From Halocafeteria seosinensis (Eukaryota), in NCBI GenBank assembly GCA_001687465.1, contig LVLI01000534.1:1-44539 (forward strand): a stretch of 44,539 nucleotides of DNA, written 5' to 3'. Shown piece after piece: positions 34,301 through 44,539 of the stretch (the first letter of the stretch is position 1; every line of letters begins with the position of its first letter). The notes below the pieces were generated by a model. That model did not search any database and was not told where the DNA came from. It saw only the letters and a program-made list of their open reading frames with translations. A program made the translations under genes and the position numbers.

Positions 34301-37300
34301 CAACAGGGGATATTTGCCCCAAGGGGCACTATTGCCCCGAGGGATCCTCCGCTCCGCTTCCATGCCCCCCTTCTACATACTCACATTCTGGAGGTGGAGG
34401 GAACTTATCGTCATGTTTAGATTGTACAGCTGGTGAGTTCTTTGTGAGGAAAGGTAATTTTCGACCTTGCTTCATGTGGCGTCTGCGCTTGATGTGTTTG
34501 CAGGGTACTTTTGTCCGGACTCCGCAATGAAGAATTCTACTGTTTATCCTTGTACCGAAGGCTTTTATTGCCCGGGGGGTGATAGAACTCCCACTTGGCA
34601 ATGTCCCCCGGGAAGCTCCTGTCCTTTGGGAAGCTCATTTCCATCCCTTTGCCCCGCAGGATTTTATTCAAACACTAGCGGCAATGCTGTTTGCAGGATA
34701 TGCAATAGGGGGTTTCATTGTCCTTTGCCGGGTACTACAATCCCCCTTCCTTGTCCTCGGGGAAGATATTGTGGGGAAGGAAGCACATCTGGGTCAATGT
34801 GTCCTGTTGGCACGTACAATCCTATGCTTAGCCTGGAAAATCAGGATGAATGCCGGAGCTGCTCGGCAGGGAGGTATTGCGACCAAATGGGTCTAGTTGA
34901 ACCAACTGGAAACTGCTCCGCTGGCTATTGGTGCAGAATTAGTGCTGTCGAACCCTCTCCTTCTGACGGTACCACTGGTGAGAAATGCCCCGAGGGCTCG
35001 TTTTGCCCGAGTGGTACCCGGGATCCCGTTGGTTGTCCACCAGGCACGTTCTCCGATGTGCGGGGAAACAGAGAAGAAAATGATTGTAGCCCGTGCTTAG
35101 GCGGCTATATTTGCAACTCTACTGGCTTAATCGAACCTATCGTAGAGTGTCCTTCGGGACATTTTTGTGCTGGTGGCGTTGATACCCCTGGGAATGAAAC
35201 CTTATGTCCTGAAGGAAGCTGGTGTCCTGAAGGTACTAGCGTTCCCCTGCCATGTAATTCGGGAGAGTATCAAGACCAACGAGGTCAAAGTACTTGCCAC
35301 GCATGTCCTCTTGGGCGGCATTGTCCAACTGCAGGGCGTATCAATGAACCTCCCTTCTGCCCGCGTGGATATTATTGCAATGGCTCTAGTGTAACTGGAT
35401 TGGAGAGTCCCTGCCCAAAAGGGACTGCTTCTCAGCTCGTGGGGCTCTCTACTCCAGATCAATGTCCACGCTGTCCACCTGGACTCTATTGTTCTTCAAG
35501 CGGCCTGACCGAGTGAGTAGCTGTTGGTTAATGACATGACTTGGCAATCGAATGTCGGTTTTTTTTTTTCTTCTTGCTATTCAGACCATCCGGCGAATGT
35601 GGTCCAGGATATTTCTGTTCCGGGGGCAGCGATGTAAGTATTTTACTCTACTAGGTCCCAAGCTGTTGTATGCAAGTATTAAATGCTTGTGCGATTGATT
35701 GCAGAATCCCACTCCTAGTGAGAGCGGTGGCCAATGTGCATCAGGATTCGTTTGTGAGCTCGGATCGTAAGAACTACACTACCTTATGTGTTTGCTCGAT
35801 GAAAACATTGTTTGCTTCTGGTCTGTTTCGACCTGCTTTGCAGCGATGTTCCGCGGCCAAGTAACAATACTCTAGGAGTTGGCTATCCATGTCCACCTGG
35901 ACATTATTGCGAAGCTGGAACTGCGCATGAAGTCGAATGTGCGCCAGGTATGTCACTGACGACTGTCTCTATCTAACTCATTCCACTTTGTGTATTGCAA
36001 ATTGCTCTCGCAACGGATGCAGGAACGTACCAACCGTCCTCTGGACAGGCCGAGTGTTTGCCTTGTCCGTCTGGGCGCATATGTCCAGGTGGTAGTGTGT
36101 TTGGTGAGGCTTGCCCGAAATATCGATATTGTCCCGAAGGCTCCACCACAGGAGAACTATGTGAGGACGGCACGTATAACCCCAGCTGGACCAATCTCAC
36201 AGAAGCATCCCAGTGTAAAGTTTGCCCACCGGGAAAGTATTGTATCAATGGGGACGTTACAGGACCTTGCGAAGCTGGATTTTTCTGCGGAGGTGGAAAT
36301 GTGCGGCCTGATCCACCTGCCAGTCCCTGTCCTCTGGGGCGATACTGCCCTGCGGGTACAGACTCTCCTCGAATCTGCCCGAACGGAACTGTTCGCGCCG
36401 AAGTTGGCGCACGTTCGGCAGAAGATTGTACCCCTTGTCCTAAGGGGTTCATTTGCGATAAAGAGTCTGCTATTCCGACGCCATGCCCTCCGGGATATTA
36501 CTGTCCGGAGAGCTCTGAAAAGATCCCGTGTCCCGTTGGCACGTTTACCGAAGATGAAGAGTCATGGCTTCCTGGGAACTGCTCTCTTTGTCCCCCGGGA
36601 TATGTTTGCGGCATTGAAGGCATCGGCAATCTGAGTAACCACGCCTGTCCACTAGGATACTATTGTGCGTCTGGAACGGACGATGATACCCAATCTCCGA
36701 TTGAGTGTCCCGAGGGCACCTTCCGAAATACTCGCGGCGCAAAGAGTTTGAGTCAGTGCCACAGCTGTCCTAGTGGCTATTTTTGCCCCAAAACGTCCAC
36801 GGTGTCTCCAGAACCATGCAGTCCTGGACATCAGTGTCCTGAGGGTGCAGTAAACGAAACCGAATGTTACGGCGGTTTTTATTGTCCTGCGAGGACCGGT
36901 GCACCCCTTAGTTGTCCTGCTGGGAAGTATTGCCCGCCTCGTTCGGAATCGCCGCTGTTGTGTCCTCCAGAGCAGTATTGTCCAGAGGAATCTGTATTTC
37001 CTTTACTATGTCCTCCGGGGACACGTATTCGCAATGATATCTCGAATGAGTCCCGCTCGAGTTTGACGGATGCCTGTGCACCGTGTCCCGCCGGAAGCTA
37101 TAGCGATGTACACTCATCCGAAGAATGTCTGCCCTGTACACCTGGATTTGTTTGCCTAGGTTCTACGAATTCGGCACGTCCTTTGAACAGGAGCCAGAAC
37201 CATGGATATCCCTGCCGTCCGGGACATTTTTGCCCTTTGGGCTCCACCGACGAGCGCATGTGTGCCCCCGGAACATTCAATCCGTTTGAAGGCGCTTCTT

Positions 37301-40300
37301 CCTGTAGCCGCTGTGAACCCGGCTCTTTCCAGGATCTTCCTGGCAAGACTGACTGTTTGCCATGCTCTTCTAGTTCATCTTCTTCTGCTGGTTCGACGAC
37401 ATGTGATTGTATAGGAGCTAATCGAGTTTTCCAGCCTTCTGATGGTCAATGTATTTGTCGCCCGCAATTTGAGTTTATCGATGACAACTTTAATCGACTC
37501 TCGGACGAAGATGGCACCGAACCTTGTCAGCCCATTGTATACGATCGATGCTTCCGAGGTGGGAGTCGAGAATCGGCCAGCGGGAAGTGTAGGTCTCTTA
37601 CTGATTTTGAATTCTGCCAACAACAGTGTCCTTTAGGAGGAGGTGTGTATAACGCCCAGATGGGCATGTGTGATTGTGAGAACAGTTTTATTGTGGAGCA
37701 GTCGTGCAATGAGGCCTGTTTACAAAGGCAACCTGAAATGCGTGTGGATACGAATGCTCGAACTGTCTCAGTGAGTGTTGGTGCCGGTAATGAACATCAA
37801 GAGTATACGCTGAACTTTGACAGCATCCCCGGTCTGATGAATGAGATGGAGTGTTTCCCAGGGTTACGGGAAGGAAAATCGATCGAAAACAGCGGTCCTA
37901 CTGAAGGACAGCCTGGTTGCCGCTTGCAAACTATAACGGTAACGGATACTTTTTCTGGTTCCTATGATGTCCCGGAAGAAGTTTTTAGAGCAATCGAACG
38001 CGCTGAAAACAGTTCTTCCAACTCTCCCTCCTTCCGACGCATTCTCGATTCCTCTACAGTGCAGCTTTCTGATGACTCCCCAGAAGTGCTCTTTCCGCTT
38101 GTGTGCGTTAGGCTAGGTGAAGGAGTAATCTTCGATCTTCGTGGAGATGCTGAGAGTTATCCTATCTACTTAAAAGACTCCCTTCTTAACACCAATCCTA
38201 GCTTCGACTACGGTTCATTTAGGTCGTTAAGCCGTGCGATGAAGAGTCAGACCAATGTTTCATCGTTTTCGTTCACATTCAACGACGCAGGCGTATACGA
38301 CTTCGCCAACAATAAGGACAGGACACAACGCACTGTCATCAGAGTAGTAGACGGAGGCACAGATTGTCCATCCCGAGCTACAATTAAGAGCGCTACATCT
38401 GAAAATTTGAGTCAGCTGGGCGCTCGGAAGTCGGAAGAAATCGTTGTAGAATTAAACTGGAGAGTTATCACAGGAGTAGTTTTGGTGTTTTTCTTCTCGG
38501 TCGCGCTGCTGATCCTTCTTATCATGTATTTCCAGAAACGGGCGTGGACCTCGAAAATGCGAGAAAGACAAACAAGTTACTATAAAGTGTCAAGCAGGGA
38601 AGAAGACCTGCTAAAATGGCATAACCGCGCGAGCAAATTAAAAGAGAAAAACATACATGATGACGACTCGCATCATAATGGCGAGCCTGCTGACGGCTCG
38701 AAAGAAGGATTGACGGACACAATCTCCGCCATGGATGTAAGCAGATGGGAGCAGGACGATCTGGAACTTCGAAGCATAATTGAACGAATAGAAAATAGTA
38801 AAGAAACAGTAGAAACACTGCTAGGAAAAGAGTTGCAAGGTGTTGAGGATATAGAGGAAGCACTGCAAAGAGAATTAGGTGTGCTGAAGAACATGGTTCA
38901 AGTAGTTCTGGGTGGAGAAGGAGCCGCTCATGCATCGGTTCAATTGGAAGGAGGAATTGCATATGAGGCATGGAAGCAGCTGCGAACTTTGCTTGGCAGC
39001 ATTAGTGATGAGGCGATAGTCACTTCTTGTCAAGAACTTCAGGGAACGGACATTCCTCGGCAGATATTGGAAAATATAGGGATACATTTGCAAGGCCATT
39101 TTGCTCATCTAGAGTCGCTATATCATCACATTTTCTCGCATGGATTGTCAGAAAGCGCTTGTGAAACCTTGCAGATATTCGCACTTACCGCATTGCTGGG
39201 GAGAGCGTTTCGAGCATCTAACATATCGACAAATGAACCATACAAGTGGATGACGTCTGTGCTAACGAATGCAGAAGTCTTGCTTCATTCGGGGCTCGAG
39301 CATTTATGGAAGGGCGACGGTGGAGAGCGAGAATGTACTGACGGGGTCACGGAGTTACGCCCCCTTCTTCAGTCCAATGAAGCCGTGCTGTGGCAAACAA
39401 TAGATCAAGCTTACGATGTGCGGACAACAAATGAGTCGCAGAAGGCGGTAGACCTTCTCCAGTCTCTGAAACTGAGATTGCTTAGTGAGAAACAAGGGTA
39501 TTCTCCTGGAGGTCTAGGAGACTCCAGCAATAGTGAATCCAGTGCCTCGGAAAGCAAATCGTTAGCTCAAGGAGCGCAGGAAGACTTCAACGGGGAGCGA
39601 GCACGTTCTGACTATACTTTGCACAGTGTCAAGTATGAATCGCATGGCACCACTGACAGGGAAAGGATGGAAGGTCTTCTTATTGGTTTTGATGACGAAG
39701 ACAACTTTACTGAAGAGGATAGGCAAAGAATCCTGAACGACGCCTTGCAGGAACAGGAGCAAGTCAAGCAGTTGCGGCAAAAGTACTTAGACGGCGATGC
39801 CCAGCGGATGTTATCTAGTGCAATCGGAACGGGCGCTTCCGAGGATGAAGCGGAAGGTACCAGTGGAGGTAACTATGACATACAGCAGCAGCTATCGTTA
39901 AACAAGAGGCACTTGAGCGAACGAGACAACGTATTGCAAGAAATTGCTGCGGAGGGGTCAGAGAGTGAAGTTCTAGACGCATCAATGGACAGCGAAAATG
40001 CTAATGTAGAATCCCTGGAAAGTGAAATATCTGGTGAGTTGCAAGCGAGCCTGAATAAGCTTCAACAAGAAGCGGAAGAGCAACTTGCTCGACTCCATCA
40101 ACAGTTTGGAACTGAAGCGGCGACTCTCGCACAGAAAGAGGCGGAGGAAAAACGGCGTCAACAGGATGAACTGCAAGCGAAACTTCGTCAAAGGAGGAGA
40201 AAACGAGAACGCGAAATGAGAGACAGGCAAATCCGGGAGATATCAGACGGTAGTTTGTCTAAAGAAGAAAGACTCTCAATGTTGGAGCGTCATGCAGATG

Positions 40301-43077
40301 AACGACAAAATTTGGAACATGAGCTTGCCGAGGTTGAAGAACAAGAAAGCCGTAAGATGGAAGAGGATCCGAGTTGGAAGATCTACGAGCGAGAATTGCC
40401 AAACCTAAAAGAGAAATATAACACAGAATTGGAGCAAGTCAGGTCTAAAGTGGAACAACAAAAACGCCGCCAACAAGAAAGTCTGCGTCGCAAACTTAAA
40501 GAGCGAAAGGATAGAAAGGCGCAAGCCGCAAGAGCGAGGTTCCAAGAGGAATATGAATGCTCTCCGGAGGAAACAGATCAGAGTTCACAGGATGAAAAAC
40601 AGCGCCGTATGTGGGAAGAACTGAACTCTGTTGAAGGATTCAATCCTGCCTCGGTAGAGAAGGACTTCGAGCTGCTCAGTGAACAGACTTTAGGTGGTAT
40701 ATTCGACGTGGAGGCCAAAGCTGACAGTGCAAGGGAGGATTTCTATCTTGAACAAGCGGAACAACAAAGGAAGCTGGAAAGAGAGAAAAAACGACAGCGG
40801 CAGCAACTGCGAGAGAAATTAAAAGAGCGCAAGAACATGAAGGCGAATGAACTGATGAAGAAACGACAGAAGCAGTTGGCGGAAGCTCATAACACTGAGG
40901 AGGTAAAGCAGATTGAGTGTGACATTCAAGAGGAAGAAAATGCATTTGAGAAACGAATTGACGACGAAGAAGAAGAGGGAATTCAACAAGTAGACGCCTC
41001 GTTCAAAGACTTCAGTACACCTTGCTGGTCAGCGGCGTTATCTGAATTTGACGCCAAAATTGAGGAACTGCGGGCCGACTTCTATCGGGAGAGCTCCGCA
41101 GCTGCAGACAAACACGAGTCTGAACGACGAAAGCAATATGAGACTATGCAGCAAAAGCTCCGTGAACGTAAAGCAAAGAAACTACGTGCTCTTGCGCAAA
41201 GGCAGCAGCAGCAAACACGCGAGCAAGCGAACACTGGACACGATTCGGAAGATAGGCTCACAAGTGCATTGACGGAACAACTAAATCGCGTACGTAGCGC
41301 TCGCCCCAGTACCGCTTCTTCGTCTGGTGAAACAGACTTAGATGCAAAGGAGCAGTTGGATGCCTTAAGGGAAGATGAAGCAAACCTTGCAAATCAGTAT
41401 GATGAGAAAATCAAGTCGCTTGAAGGACAGGCAGCCAAAGAAAACCACGATGCTCAGATTAAAGAAGAAGAGGAAGAGCAGAAGCTTGCCGAACAACAAG
41501 AGAGAGAAGTACGCGAGCAAATCGATGCAGCACGTCAACAAAAGGCTGAGGAACTGGACAGGATGCAGAGGGAAAAGCAATTAAGCGAAGAGGAGTTACG
41601 CCAGTTGAAGGAGCAACACGAAACTGATATCCAGGTACTCGAGGAGTCTACACGATCGGAGCGAAATAGACAGAAAGCTAAGCTGCAAGCGAAGCTAGCT
41701 GAACGGAAACAGAAGCGGGATCATGAAGCTCAAAAACGATACAAAGAAGAGGCTGAGCAACTATCCGAAGAACAAGAAAAGGAGATGGCACGCTTGAAGC
41801 GTCAAGAACTTCGCTTGAAGGAAAAAAGGGCTATTCGAAAGGCTATAAAGCATAGGCAGGAAGTAGAAGGAAACGAAGACGATGACAGGTATGGCGAAGC
41901 AATCCAGAATGCCGTTCAACAAAGACAGAACCAAGAACTACAGGATTTGCTTTCCCGCCAATACAACGAGCGATCCAAGGCAATAGAGTCTGCCCTGGAC
42001 GACCTCCAGAGAGACAAATTTTCTGAGTATAAAGAGCTGCTCCGAACATTGCGCGAAGCAGGAGCAAGCGATGAAGAGGTAGACAGGAGAATAGAAGAAC
42101 TGAATCGAAGATACGAGCAACATCAGGATAAAATCTGCCAGCAGGTGAATGAATCCATGCAAAGCCGACATGCGTCCGAACAAGCTGAGCTGCGCCGAGA
42201 ACAATTAGAAGAAATATCTGAGCTGCTTAGTGAATTTGCTCCGGATGATATTCTCCGCAAACGGGCCATTGATGCTTCTAGAAAGGAAGCGGAACATGTA
42301 GAGCAGTCGGAGAAAGTGGCGATGGAAGAAAAGGAGAAGGAGTTCGAGAAGAAGAAGGCCGAAATGGAATCACTAAAGGAAACGCAAAGAAGGGAGCAGG
42401 AACAAGAGCTCCAACAGCTCGAGGGAAGTTTGCAACAAGAGCTGAAAGAGGAACAACAGCGGCAGGAGAAACGAAAAATTGAAATGCAAGAAAAAGCAGA
42501 AATACAAAGACAAGAAGCGTTGAATAATGCTCAACATTTGAATCAAGAGGAGAAACAGAGGGTCATGCAACAGTTTGAGGAGGAACAACAACGACAAATG
42601 TCAAAGCTGGAAGCAGAACGAAGCCGTCAACAGGAGCAGCTCAAGAATCGGTTGAAGAAACGAGCAGCGAAACGGCGACTTAAACGCGGAGACCTTCAGA
42701 AGGGCGAGACTACAACTAGTCGTGATGGTACCACTGAAGCATCTTTGACTCACCACCCATCTGAGGCAGTTCAGAAACCAAGCTCTAGTCCGTGGAAAGA
42801 CACCCCAGTGCAACGAACGGATAAGGGAAGTTTTCAAGTCGAGCGTCACAACCAAGGCGAAGAACATGCGTTCAGTCACTACGTCCAGCAGATAGACCAA
42901 CGGCTATCGAAACTAGAAACGGCCCTTGAGAATCTAATGCAGGTCGCAACCACCGTCAATACAAGTCCTCAGAAACCATCCGAAGCTGCAAGACGGCAAG
43001 ATGTAGTCGGTGTGGCTGCAGAGCGGGCAAACGTTGAGTCCAAACTCCAACGTTACCTCGCCGCGGCGAAAGAGTAG
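25336..43077 (+). CDS. Giant (~5,300 aa) type-I membrane protein: signal peptide, Ser/Thr stalk, Cys-rich GCC2/GCC3 (ephrin-receptor-like) repeats, TM, coiled-coil tail; ~24 introns
   Basis: MWKGYLHQTALALALVAMLSATAYS signal, then S/T/P tract. CPxGxYCP / CPxGTY / CxxCPxG repeats are joined in frame across GT-AG introns from 26123 to 36022. Final exon 36023-43077 has the TM VITGVVLVFFFSVALLILLIMYF (38464-38532) and an E/Q/R/K-rich tail. Confidence 0.85.
25687..25870 (+). repeat. 102-nt (34-aa) period duplication within the Ser/Thr stalk
   Basis: SATETRTPSMTPSESSTPTGTPSETST (from 25687) versus SVTETRTSTSTPSESSTATGTSSETST (from 25789). Confidence 0.8.
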
Positions 43078-43369
43078 CTACTAGAAGTATTAGGAGGGGC
43101 TATTGAAGCGATTGTCGAAACTGCATGTAAGCCGCCTATCATAGCCGCCTTCTCTCTGCAGGTGAACATACTTCGTAGAACTATCGGAAATTGCTGATCG
43201 GTTCATGATAGATCATTTTTTGGGAAAGCTGGGTCACTTGTCGAGTAATTTAGATACCTTTTCCTCATTCTTTGTAAGAGAAAACACACTACTGTTCTTA
43301 TGCTTTTGTTCCACTTTCTTACAGCGGTCTTGTCGCCCGTAGGGTGGCCCCTCTGGCAAGTGACGTCAG

Positions 43370-43650
43370 GCAAGCTCGTAGGAAAGGGGCGGGCATTGAA
43401 TTGTCGTGGTTGTCCGAACCGGCGCCCATACAAGCGAAGACCTAGGGGTGGTTGTCGGGGAAGATTGTTGACCGGGTCTTCCGAGCCATTCACGGAAATC
43501 TGTCTGTTGACGACCGCGCCCATTTGTCGGCCTCCCGGCAGCAGGGCAGTGCATCCTTCCTCACAGCTCTTCCCACGAGTAAAGGGTTGAGATTCAATGA
43601 TGAGAACTGGGTTCTCTTGGTCCGTCTCCGCCTTGGACTTCGTGTCACCT
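43370..43650 (+). mobile_element. Short decayed fragment of an RLE-type non-LTR retrotransposon (linker region)
   Basis: KT*GWLSGKIVD...RAHLSASRQQGSASFLTALPTSKGLRFNDENWVLLVRLRLGL matches the pre-zinc-knuckle linker pattern (WLxALP...RLRLGL) also seen in the fragment downstream. Confidence 0.7.
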
Positions 43651-44539
43651 AAGAACAGTCCCGTCTTGGCATGGAGGCTGCAACTGCGGAATTCGATAAT
43701 GCAGTGAAGGAAGTTACTCAATCGTTGCTTGGAACAGATTATTTTCAGGATACTCAGGAATTTCATGATTGCTTCCAGTGGCGGCTCTCATTGCGTTATG
43801 GCGGATTAGGCCTTACACAAGTGTCAATGATATCCCTTCCAGCCTTTGTGGCATCGGTATGGGAATCGGGAACGGGTTTTGAAGATGCTGAGCGCAGTTG
43901 GCTCGTTAAGGAACTTCGTGAACAGGATGTGAACATTTCAGAGGATGATATGAAAGAAGCAGCTCCTAGCCGTAAGCAGCAGAAATCTTTGGTGGACCAA
44001 GTAGTTAGGGGATCGTGGAACCGGTTTCTTCGTGATCAACAGGAGGGTGTAAAGGCGAGAGTGAAAAGGCTGCACAGCAAGTTGGAGCGCATGATTGGCT
44101 TCGTGCTTTGCCTACTTCTTCTGCTAAGAGATTTTCTGACTTCAAATGGTGGATAGGAGTGAGGTTGAGACTAGGATTGCCGCTTACAAGACAGCCAATT
44201 CCGCCTTTTTGTCCTCTCTGTGATTCTTTGATTGATGATGTTGGAGCTCATGCCTTTAAGTGCGCTTACGGAGTCATCCAAAATGTGCGAGTTGATCGGC
44301 ATAATCAGCTCCGTGATACACTTATTGGTGGTTTGGTTTCATGGGGTTTACCGGTGGAGAAGGAACCACTGATTCAAACTGGAAGTCGACATAGGGGAGA
44401 TCTTGAAGTGATACAATCAGATAGTCCTGTCATAGTGGATGTATCTGTCACTCAACCTTCTGCAGCGAGTACCCAACAAAACCTTCGTGCTGCTGCAGCT
44501 ACTCGAGTGGTAGAACGGATGAAGATCCACAAATACGGG
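43649..44539 (+). mobile_element. RLE-type (CRE-like) non-LTR retrotransposon 3' part, frameshifted, runs off the window
   Basis: LRTVP/..AEFDNAV and LSLRYGGLGL..AFVAS (thumb region). After a frameshift near 44085: AHDWLRALP...VRLRLGLP, zinc knuckle CPLC..GAHAFKC, RHNQLRD, VEKEP, RGDL, IVDVSV, KIHKY (PD-(D/E)xK endonuclease). Confidence 0.88.

Noticed and set aside
25653..42900. Many antisense and alternate-frame ORFs over the giant gene
   Set aside because: Shadows of low-complexity Ser/Thr, Cys/Pro/Gly and Glu/Gln/Arg coding sequence with no independent motifs.

Overview
Compact eukaryotic genomic DNA with short (~50-120 nt) GT-AG introns and the standard code, probably from a protist; the lineage cannot be fixed from this window. 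(1) 1-6945 is a patchwork of broken mobile-element pieces: an AT-rich Polinton/Maverick-type remnant (RING ORF, frameshifted rve integrase with chromodomain, two non-identical protein-primed PolB fragments on opposite strands), an internally deleted hAT transposase with GTAC-rich subterminal repeats, and GC-rich fragments. One intact, intronless, membrane-anchored STAND-like P-loop ATPase gene sits inside it. (2) 7182-24519 is a dense block of host genes: UBL5/Hub1, a divergent PDX2/PDX1 pair, SAE1, ethanolamine/choline kinase, bleomycin hydrolase, a PAQR protein, a SETD8-like methyltransferase, a PhzF-family protein and a FUSC/ALMT-like transporter. (3) 25336-43077 is one ~24-intron gene for a ~5,300-aa type-I membrane protein (signal peptide, Ser/Thr stalk, long Cys-rich repeat array, TM, ~1,500-aa coiled-coil tail). 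(4) 43370-44539 holds two decayed fragments of an RLE-type (CRE-like) non-LTR retrotransposon. I cannot demonstrate a new system. The best leads are the intact ATPase inside the TE/virus mosaic, the mosaic itself, the giant receptor-like protein and the palindrome run upstream of it. Exon coordinates were read by eye and may be off by a few nt.
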